Positions 1 through 10,135 of a stretch of 43,199 nt of DNA are shown here, piece by piece. The stretch is from positions 1 through 43,199 of the forward strand of contig RBNJ01000079.1 in the NCBI GenBank assembly GCA_003990765.1, in the 5' to 3' direction. The stretch comes from Jimgerdemannia flammicorona. Taxonomy: Eukaryota. The position numbers and the translations under genes were made by a program. Every line of letters begins with the position of its first letter. Positions within the stretch are counted from its first letter, which is position 1. The notes under the pieces were generated by a model. That model was given only the letters and a program-made list of their open reading frames with translations, had not been told where the DNA came from and searched no databases.

Positions 1-1196
1 CAACCTCGAAGTTTCTTACGATAAAATCTCATATCGGCGTATCCGTCCGGGCCAATGGGAATAATATCGTTCTTTAACAGTTGGTGGTCGCGGACATAAC
101 GGGTTATGTTTGGAAGTTTCAGGCTCTCGAGTTGAGCTGTAGTTTTTGGATCATGAAACAAGATATCGATAACCTCGTAAGGATCTAGACGGTTGGCTAT
201 AAACAAAAATGAGTAAGGAATTTCGATGGAGATTAACTTCTATTCAATTGGTTCAAAATTTTCTTGTCGATATTCCGGGAATTGTGATAGAAAACAAATT
301 GAGATGGAGGATTTATCAAATCCAGAATTTAACATATAGGGAAATGAGAAGATAATCTAATCCACACCTTGCGGAACCGCTGATGGTGATCGAGAGCGAG
401 GGAACAGCATTTAAGAAATGGAGGCAGAGAATATAGTTGAGAGATGAGCGAAAGAAGATGTGAGATGTTAATTCTTAACAGTTACAATAACACCATTACA
501 GCAATCCTTTTATAGACATGTGAGGCTCTCCACGAGATTCAGGGTACTCCCAGTACACTTCAGATTTTATAAAAGTATAGTCAATACTTACCAGTAGATG
601 CTGTCATATGTTGTAGCGTAGGCGAGGGTGATCGTTTCAAAACCGGTGGCAGCTCGACAACGATGTGCAGGTGATTTCGTGCAGGGCCTTCAGGGAAGGT
701 ATCTTGAATTTCGTCGAATGGTGACAGCTTGTGTCCGTAGGACTCGATATGAAAAGAGCGTCCAAGGGTGTCGAGGTCACTCTTCCGAATGTTGACCAAC
801 CAGAGCGTGAGGTTACGAGCCGCAATACTGTCCAACTCGGGTGAATTCTCTTTCTTAATAAGCTTCTTGAGGTCGGCGATATCGGCGACATTCGCGACAT
901 CAACTTTGAAGGCCTGATTGGTTGGGTCGTCGCCGTGAACAAGACAGAAGAGCTTTACATCGGTAGTTATGGGGTCCGTAGTTACGGGGTCTGTTGTTAT
1001 TAGACTTAGTTTGTTGTCGGAGGCATTTTGTGTTGCCTGCGTCCCCCGACCTCGCCCGCCGGCTGGGAAGGGGGGGGGGTTTTGCGAGCTCCCCGACGTC
1101 TAAAGCCGTGAGGACAGCGGTCCCTTTTAGAATTGCAAGTTGGAAATATGGAATCAAAGGGAGGAAAGTGTAATATACCTTATTCCTGGTTCGCAT
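1..1196 (-). CDS. Crinkler (CRN)-like protein, 5' part, spliced; continues off the left edge. Proposed exons 1196-1179, 1099-592, 196-<1
   Basis: The frame of ORF 581..835 extends upstream to ...VKLFCLVHGDDPTNQAFKVDVANVADIADLKKLIKKENSPELDSIAARNLTLWLVNI...HLHIVVELPP, matching the CRN N-terminal ubiquitin-like header (LFCLV, DLKxLIK, LxLWxV, HIxV). A canonical GTAAGT donor at 591 (phase 1) and a TTTATAG acceptor at 197 give an open frame (ANRLDPYEVIDILF...) to base 1. The first exon/intron (GT 1178, AG 1100) is less certain. Confidence 0.8.
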
Positions 1197-1224
1197 TGGA
1201 ATGACAAAATAGATGAAGTTGTGG

Positions 1225-1295
1225 AGTTGGAGAGTGCAGTTGGAGAGTGAGTTGTGTGTAGTTGGAGAGTGAGTTGTGTGCAGTTGGAGAGTTGG
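1225..1295. repeat. Short tandem repeat (~22-bp unit AGTTGGAGAGTGAGTTGTGTG[T/C]) just upstream of the CRN-like start
   Basis: Full units begin at 1238 and 1260, with partial AGTTGGAGAG copies on either side. Confidence 0.8.
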
Positions 1296-1309
1296 AAGAA
1301 GTCGTAGGG

Positions 1310-1560
1310 TTTGACGTGTTTGTTTTGGTTGTCAAATTGACACTAATTAATTATGTCACGCGACGAGGGAATAGCAACAATGACGTAGTCATTCGATGGC
1401 GCTATGGGCTTCGGGGGCTAGCAACTGTTTGGAAATAAATACTGCATAACACGGAAGACTACCAGTACACAGTAAAGGCAGTAGCATCGTCGGGAGGTCA
1501 CATGAAATATCACATGTTCGCAATCAAAGATGTCTGCATAGAACACGTGCAGAATCGAAG
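1310..1560. promoter_or_regulatory. Probable promoter of the CRN-like gene with E-box/CRE-like motifs
   Basis: CpG-retaining region with GTCACGCGAC (1355), TGACGTAGTCA (1381), GTCACATGA (1497), TCACATG (1510) and CACGTG (1544). Function is inferred from position and motif only. Confidence 0.45.
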
Positions 1561-1639
1561 GCACAATTTTTATTGTCCTAATTATGTCGAAGTTGACTAC
1601 CAGGTAGTGCTTTCTAAATATCTACCATGCCTGATGTTG

Positions 1640-1745
1640 TAACAAATTGAATTGAATTAATTTGATTCCAATTTAATTTGATTTATTAAATTGAGGGTCA
1701 ATTTAATAAATTAAATTTAAATTAATCAAAATTTAATTTAATCTA
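1640..1745. mobile_element. Degenerate relic resembling the AT-rich fold-back MITE family
   Basis: AATTG/AATTT pentamer arrays and TTGAGGGTCAATT resemble the subterminal arrays of the MITE at 20983-21396; no clear termini. Confidence 0.4.
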
Positions 1746-1838
1746 TTATCAAAACTTATATATATACTTATTTTTAGTTATATAGTCCTATAGTTGCTTT
1801 GACCAACTTTACTCTTATATTTACAGAAATTAGTTCTA

Positions 1839-4391
1839 TTTTTTTTTTTTTTTTTTTTTTTTGATAGTTTCTTAGACTTCACTATTTATTATCAGTCTAT
1901 CAAATATAAATACAGTACCTCAGCCTACTACCCAATCTCCCTAGGGGAGCCCCCCTCTATATCTTCACACTTGAAGGCCACCTTACCATCTGCCACTATA
2001 ATTCTCTCCCTACTCTACTTACAAATCTTCTCTGCTAAGTATTATTGATATCTCCTTTATAGACTCTATTTCAACCACCAACTTATTAAGATATTTACTA
2101 TTAACTCTTCTCAATTGCTAAATACTCTCCTAAACTCATTACCTCCTCTTCTCAAAAACAAACAATTAGTATCCAGCCAGCTCTATCGATATAGCTAAAG
2201 TTTATTCACTATAAGCCACTCATTTCTAATCTCTTTTATCAATCAATCTTTCAAATCTCTCTATCTACCTCACTTATCAACCCTCCTTCTTACTACTTCT
2301 AATTAAGTTCTAACTACTAACCAAAAGTCTCCAAATACCTCATACTCTCTAAGCCAATGTTCTGGTATCTATACAAAATCTCCTTTCTATTCTATATTAT
2401 AATACTTCTCATACTCAAATTATCTTCTCTTTATAAAATATTCTGAGTGAAAGTTAAGTATGATATTCCTTCTCAGTAAGTATCAACATACTACTCAGAA
2501 CTTAGGTAGTAGTCAATATTATACCTCTGTACTCTAGTTCAGATTCTATTCTAGTCTTACTTCTCTCCAATATCTGCTATCTATCAGCCACTAGGCTAAA
2601 CATTCTATCCTAACTCTCTTTAGTATAATACCCTATCACTAATATTGAAGTTAATCAGTAGAGTACTTTATAATATATAGTCTCATCTCCAAATCACCAG
2701 ATCCTATAGTATCTCTCTCTCAACTCTCTATCAGTAAAGACTGATATAGTGTGCCCCATCAACTACCTCTTACTAAAAGCTCTTATTCTATATGTACTTA
2801 CTACTTTTAAGCCCAATCAAGGACAGTAGATATCAGAAGAGCCTCTTAGTGAAAACCTCATCTCTCAGATCTTTGTATTAGAGGAATCCAGCCACCCTCT
2901 CTTAGTTTCACAGCTCTCTTTAGCCACTATACTCTCAGATAATAAAGTCTCTTCAGGAAGTCAACTAGCTCAAGACCTCCTCTATCTACTGGTAATAACA
3001 GAATATTCTAGCTAATTTAACTCTTTCTTCTAACCTAGATTTAGTCTTTAGCTAGCTTCAAAAGCTGCTATACTATCTAGGTCAGAAAGTCTAAATAATA
3101 TATCAAATACTATAGCTTCAGAAGTTGGTAAATATTCAGAATTAAAATATGACCCACTAAAGAGATGTGATAGCCTTCTTAGCTCTACAGGGCCTCTCCC
3201 CAAATAGCCACTCTCTGCTCCTACTAAGTTCTAGATAAAATAGACTTATAGATAGAGAAAAAAATACCCAAGTATTATATAGCATTTCTAGCTAAGACAA
3301 TTGTTCTAATGATATTTTCTCCTATTAGACTATTATTTAATACTATTATATCATACTTATACTAATTGAGTTTTACCCCAGAGTATACCTCATACTACTT
3401 CACAATTTTCTAAAGAGCTCTCATATCTATAATTGACTCAAGATCCACCATTATGTCATCCATAAAGGCCCCAACCTTTTAGATAATTCTAAATATGGAA
3501 AGTTCCACTACCTTATACTAAATTATATCTATCAATAGCTCTAAGAATAGAGCATAAAAAATAGAGGATAATGGATCTCTCTAGTGAACATCTCTATCTA
3601 GAGAAAATGCCACCCCCTGATGATCATTATATATGAGTACTACCATACACTCTTTCAGTAGACTAATTACCAATACTCAGAACTCCTGGAGAACTCTAAT
3701 CCTATCTAGTATCTTTATCAACCAGACCTACCAGATATGGTCATAGGCCTGCTCCTGATCCAGGAAGACCAATCTTCTATTCAGTCCACAGGCTTGAGTC
3801 TCTTTAATAATACTATAAACCCAAGCTATACTACATATCTCTAATAAGTCAGCCTCTAACAAAGTTCTGCTGCTCCTTACTCAGAACTTACTAGGCTATC
3901 TTCTGTAGCATTCTCACAACTATCTTAGTAACTATCTTTCTATTCATATCTAGGAGCATAATTAGTCACCAGTTCTTCAAATTCTCTCTCTTGCTCTTGT
4001 CCTTATATAACAGTGCCACCAGCTCTAGATCCTACTCCCCCACCTATTTCTCCGATAGTAATACTAAGTTGAAAAGTGCTGTCATCTCTTCCAGTACTTC
4101 AGAGACTCTTACCAGCTTCTTTCAAAAGTCCTAGGACAGACCATCCTCTCCTAGTACAGTACCGAGCAAAGTCATAAGAAGAATATAGTATATCTTCTCC
4201 TTCTGAACTGATAGTACCAAACTGTCTAGCCTATCTACTTATAGCAGTTGTCACTTCTCTAAAGTTTTTCAATAGTGGCAACATTGGCCCCACCCTTCTC
4301 TTCACTCTATAAACCACTCTATCTCTCCTTTAGCAAGCTCAAAATATTTTGTAAACTATGTCCCAGCAGACCATCAGAACTCAGTCCTCTC
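1839..4391 (-). mobile_element. LINE copy A (L1/Tx1-type), 3' half, heavily decayed
   Basis: Poly(T) at 1839-1862; minus-strand AATAAA and the family 3' motif; decayed RT motifs (DQEQAYDH ~3750, *RDPLSSIFY ~3570, AFMDD ~3460) homologous to ORF2 of copy C. Confidence 0.9.
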
Positions 4392-7300
4392 TTTTTTTTT
4401 TTTTTTTTATAGTCACTTGGACTGCATCCTTTATTAATACTCCCATCTATCTCATATAAAATACAGTGAGCCCACTTCTATCCAATCCTCCAAGGGGGCC
4501 CTGCCCTGTCCCCTATCCAAATATAATCAAAGACCACTAGGTCATGAATGACTGCCACTCTTCCACCACTCTGCCTACATATCTTCTCTACCAGGTGGCA
4601 GTTTTGCCCACCCTAGGGATCCCATCCAGCCCACCATTCTATCAGTATATCTCTCATCAACCTCTCTTATCTTAATAATCTCTTCCATAGACTCAGCCTA
4701 TATCTCTCCTGTAACACAAAGAGCCAATATCCAGCCAGCTTTACTCATATAGCTAAAACCCACTCTACAGTAAGCTACTCATTACCTACTCTCCCAATCA
4801 ATCTGGTGCACAGATCCACCCAGCAATCTCTCTCTCTATCTGGCCTTTTTTTGACTCTCAACAAGTCTCCAACTGCTAATCAAAAGTCCTCTATGATCTT
4901 ACACTCTCCCAATCAATATTTAGGTATCTATATAAATCCTTCAATCTATCTTACATTATAGTACTCCTTGCAGTCCAACACTCCACCATCTATCAGATGG
5001 CTAGAGCAGAAATTCAGCATAAAATTCCTTTATAATACCTACCATTATATAACTCAGAACTTTGATAGAAGCTATTTCCTCACCTCAGTACTCTACAATC
5101 AGACTCTTACCCAGTCCTACTCCTCTCTAATTCTTACTGCCTACCAGCCATTAGGCCAAAGATGCTGACCAAGATCTCATTAATAATCTACACCATCCTC
5201 TATGTCAAACTCAAGAGAGGAGTATCTCCTAATAATAATCTATCTCATCTTCATATAGCTCGTCACCATTATAACTCTTTTTTATTACTTTATCAGTATA
5301 AGTCTATATAGTAAGTGCCTTCTGCCACTCTCTATCAGAAATCTTTATACTGCAACTGCTAACTCTTCTCTAATCTAACCAGAGATTACAAATCTTCTAA
5401 GGACTCTCTTGGGGAGAATCTCATCTCCCACACCTTCTATATCAAGGCACCCATCTACTCTCTTACCGCTCAACAGCATACCACAATCACCAAGCTCTCA
5501 GACATTGCAGCCTCTTGGGAAAATCCACCAGACCAAGCTCCCTATGCTTTACTAGTATGGTAAGGGTATCCCAACTAATTTGGAACCTCCTATCAGATCA
5601 GATCCAATCTCATACCAGCCTCACTAGTCTCTTTATCACCCAAGTGGGGAAGTCTAAATAATAGGCAATATACCACAGTTTAGGGAACTAGTAGGCATTC
5701 AGAATCGATACCTGAACTGCTAGGGAGATATGGCAATCCCCCTAACCTCTAAGGGCCTCTCTCTATATGACCACCCTCCTCTCCCAGTATACTCATGTCA
5801 AGATAGATCCATATATTAAGAGAAAGATGTCCAGATACCATACAGCCTCTCCTGTAGAGACAATTGTTCCAATGATGTCCCCTCTCATCAGTCTATTCTC
5901 AAGCACTATTGTCTCATACTTATACTAGTTGAGTTTCACTCTAGAGTATATCTCATAATATTCCACAGTCTTCTTAAGTGCCTCAACATCTGCCACTGAC
6001 CTAAGTCCAATCATTATATCATCTGCAAAGGCTCCCATCTTCCATACTACACTATATATAGAGAGCCTTATTACCTTCCATCTAATCCTATTTATCAAAA
6101 GTTCCAATGATAGGATATATAGAATAGAGGATAGTAGATCTCCTTGAGGAAATCTTCTTCCCAAGGAAAACACCATCCTCTAGTGGCCATTACACATTAA
6201 TGCTGCCTGACTATCCTCCGCAACTTCAACATAGTGATACAGAATAGTGTGGGTACACTAATTCTGTCCAGTACCTTCCCTAGCCACATCTGCCACATAT
6301 GGTCATAAGCCTTCTCTTGGTCCAAAAAAACCAATCTCTCATCCAATCTACTAGCCCATAGACCCAAGCTGTCCTATCTCAGATAAGTCTGCCTCCAACA
6401 AAATTATGCTATTCCTTACCAAGTACCTATTGAGTAACCTTCTGTAATCTCACTATGATTATCTTAGTAACTATTTTTCTATCCATATCCAGAAGTATGA
6501 TTGGCCTCCAGTTCCACCAGTCCTCCCTCCTTCTCTTAATCTTATATAGCAGAGCTACCAGTCTAAGATCCTATCCTCCAACCTTGAAACAACAATGTCA
6601 CAGAGGGCTGCCATCTCTCCTAACACTCCAGAGACCCTTGCCATCTTCTTCCAAAAGTCCCAAGATAATCCATCCTCTTCTGGAGCTATCCCCAGCTTAG
6701 TGGCTACCAGGACTTACTAGATCTCCTCCTCCTGATCTAGTAGAATCAGGTCTTTCAGACTCTCTATCTGGGTCAGCTCTCAATCTTCTAGAGTATCTCC
6801 AATTGTCTCAGCATCTTTACTACCTTCATTCTCACTCTATAGACCCTCTCACCACTCTTTCAACTCTTTTAAGATCTGTTGTATATTATGTATCAACTCT
6901 CCTTCTTAATTAAGAATATCATCTCAGTAATGCTGCACTCTCCTTGTCTGGAGGAGTCTTGATAAGAACCTCATAGGTCTCTCACCTTCATCAAGCACCT
7001 GCTATCTCAGCCTAGCTACCATGTCTTTACATATATCTCCTCCTCTTCTCTTAGCACTAGTTGCAGCTTCATCACCTCCAACTTAGTACATTTTAACTGC
7101 CAGTCCTCCACTACTCCAGAGTTCAATAACTCCACCCACTCTATCTACTGTCTAGCCAACCTATTAGAGGCCCACCTTACTCTCCTTCTTCTCTTATATT
7201 CAGCATCTCTACCAGTCCTCCCCTAATAAACTCTTGCTCCTTTCTTCAGCTTTACTCACCAGACACCCACTAGTTTACCCTTAAGAGTCCAATAAGCAAT

Positions 7301-7734
7301 TATCTCCTGCACTTCCTCTACCAAATAGTCCCACAGTTCCCTCTCAGCTAGCAGAGAGAAGTTCAGACACTAATGTCTAGGTCCATCTCTACTCACCCCA
7401 AACTGCTCCTATCCTAACAGACCCCAATGATCTGACCATAGATATCACTCTACCTCTAGAGTCCTCCAAACATCTACTCTCCAGCAATTAGTCATCAGGA
7501 TCCAGTCAATTCTTGTATCTAGACCATTTACTCAGTATATATAGATCCTCCTTTTCCCCTACAGTGTTCTGTTCATATCCTCTAAAGAGCAAAGATTTTC
7601 CACCTCCTCTCATATGTACATCCAGTCTATCACTCCTCCCCCCAGCATACCTCCCACCATCTGATCTATCTATCTGAGAGTTATGCACCATATAGAAGTC
7701 TCCACCCAATATGTCAACTCTATTCTCCAAAAGA
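4392..7734 (-). mobile_element. LINE copy B (L1/Tx1-type), ORF2 region, decayed and 5'-truncated
   Basis: Poly(T) at 4392-4408; QGDLLSSILY and FADD in ORF 5925..6176; APE motif ILGGDF in ORF 7506..7730. Confidence 0.9.
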
Positions 7735-8050
7735 TGTTAACAGAAGAGTGCTAGAGAGTGAATGTCTGAGATATGCTGGAGGTGGTCTGGTGTCTATGGT
7801 CAGATTACTGAGGTCTGATAGAGTGTGGAAGATTTGGAGAAAGTGGGGATAGGTCTGGACATTAGTAACTGAATTCTTCCTTATTGGAAGAGGGTTTCTT
7901 GTAGGCTGACTGGGAGGTAGAAGTTATAGAAAAGATTAGCAGATAGTGGGAGCAGGGATTGGAGATTGGGGACTGGTGGTGGTTAAAATTGAGTGCTCAT
8001 AGGTATTGGAGAGAGGCAGGGAGGGAAAGGAGTGTCCAGAGGAGGCAGTA
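7735..8050 (+). mobile_element. Opposite-orientation LINE ORF2 fragment (end of the APE endonuclease)
   Basis: Translates to LEVVWCLWSDY*GL...SGH**LNSSLLEE...RYWREAGRE, homologous to WCPWSDHWG...GY*HLNVTLL at 10800-10900. Confidence 0.75.
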
Positions 8051-8255
8051 AGTATAATGAACTTTATAAAGATTTGCAACACTGAGACTTCTTTTGCTCG
8101 AATCATTCAGAGAGAGCTAAGCCACACAGACATCTTTTAGTGAAAGACAACACGTTTTCAAGTTTTTATTTCGAATATACTGGTGTACATTGTGCAGTGG
8201 GAGTCTACCTACAAGATACAATAAGTTTCAGGGAAAACCGTCAAGTTTTGGTGAC

Positions 8256-10123
8256 ATGGCTAGTCAAGATTCCTCTAGCTCTGAGCATTTGGAGAGGAGA
8301 GGCCTAGTCTGGGGATTCTCAGGAGCTTTGCAACTGCTGCAGGAGCTGGTGTGGCTGCTGGGGGGACAGGTGAGCAGGGGAGGACTGGAGGGATTGAGGC
8401 CTAGTATACAGTGGTTGGGAATAGGAGGGCGGCAGCTAGGCCCATGGGGGTTGGACAGGGGGGATGTAGTGTTGACAGGGGGAGAGGTCAGGTGATGAGT
8501 CAGGTGACAGGTCAGGTGGCTGGCAGGAGACAGGGGTCTGGTGGCATGATGCTGGGGACGGGTTCTTCTGTAGCTAAGCAGGGGGCTGGGGAGAAGACTG
8601 CAGGTGGTGCAGCTGCACTAAGTGGAACAACTACTAGTGTCTTGGGGGCCAAAGAAAAGGTGCCTCTGGCGGCTGGGACTGGCGAGCTGGTGGTGAGGCC
8701 CTTCTTTTACAAATCGGTATCAACATTGGTGATCTCAGCAAACTTCCTGGGACTGGCAATGTCAGCAAGGGAGGTTCTAAGACTGGTGGGAGAGGAGGTG
8801 GCTGGAGCAGAGTCTCTGAAGTTCATCCCTTCGGCAGAGGTGGTGGAGATTGGATTTGTGGAGGAGGAGGCAATGGTGAAGGTACTGGAGAAAGGGATGA
8901 CAGTCAAGGGTATCTGGATTGGGATGGCGAGGTGTCTGAGGTGGGATCCATATGCTGTTCAGCTGGTGGTTGAAGGACTGCCTACTCTGGGCAGACAGGA
9001 GACCAAGGAGATGGTGGTAGAGGTACTGGGTGGATATGGTGAGATGGTGGACTTTGGATTCATGTTCTGGAAGGGTACCAAGTTGAGGAATGGTAACTAT
9101 GAGGTGATGCTACATTTGGAAGGCAAGGAGGCAACTGGGCTGGGCCATGATTGGCCTGAAGGGATTAGAATTGAGGGGCAGGAGTGCAAGGTGTGGAGGA
9201 GGAAGGGAGCAGAACAGGAGGAGGAAGAGTTAGCAATTGCTCTAGAGGAGAGGGAGGCTGCCAAGGAGCTGCAAAAGAGGAAGTGGGAGGAGTATGCAAA
9301 GGATTGGGTCTGGATTGAGGTGGATGGAAAGCGGAAGAGGTGGAGGAAGGAGAACTGGAAGCATCTACAGGCAGCCCTTCAGGAGGTGGCAGTGGAAGAG
9401 GAGGTGAGAGTAGAGGCAGCCAAGAATCAGATGGAAGGAGTGGAGGTGGTAGAGGTGTCCTTCTCCCAGATGGGTGGTGTAGAGGACTCGGCGCATGCAC
9501 CAGTGAGAGGAAAGTGGACAGATAAGGAGGAGGTTGGTGAAGGAGGCTTTCAGGTCGATACTGAGGTGGTGCCAGAAACTCAGGTAGAGGACACCTGTAT
9601 AGCTGGGGCGGCGAATGTACATTGGGAGTATCCTGAAGCTGGGGAGGTAATTCATTTGGAGAAAGTGGTAGAGGAGGACGAGCTCATGGATATGACTTCT
9701 GATGTGTTGGCAGACAGAGAACAACTGCAAGAATTGAGCAGGACCCCCAGGCCTTCAACTCCTGGGCCCCTGGTGATGATGGTAGAGAGTTGGTACCAGG
9801 CAGTATTGGAGGAGCTGGCTGAGGAGGATATCAAGGAAGTGGACATGTTTCATGGATCTCAGGAGACATGGAATGGATTTCTCAAGGTAACGATGCAGGG
9901 GCCTAAGCTGGTGACGGCAATGGTAGCTGCCCTTCTGGATGATGAAGAATATGATTTTGATGAGAGCAGGATGGCTGACATCAGAAAGGTGGTGGCAGAA
10001 AGAGTAGACCTGTTCTGCAACAGTGAAAATGGTAATTGAAGCTGGAGGGCAATTTGTGAGGACCAGAGAGAGATTGTTAGAAGAAGGGCTGAGAAGGTAG
10101 TGGCAGTCCTGGCTGAGCTTTAA
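8256..10123 (+). pseudogene. LINE ORF1 (Gly-rich N-terminus, probable RRM-like core, acidic C-terminus)
   Basis: 542-aa open stretch 8411..10039; homologous to ORFs 35455..36210 and 41819..43199 (RCLRWDP, V.QL.V.G.P, YGE.VD.GF.W.GT, DWP). The frame continues past the TGA at 10039 to TAA 10123. The ATG at 8256 needs a frameshift. Confidence 0.85.
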
Positions 10124-10135
10124 ACAACTTCCTTA

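Noticed and set aside
637-1196. ORFs 637..942 and 900..1196 as separate genes
   Set aside because: They are alternative frames over the CRN-like exon; only the first six codons of 900..1196 may be a real exon.
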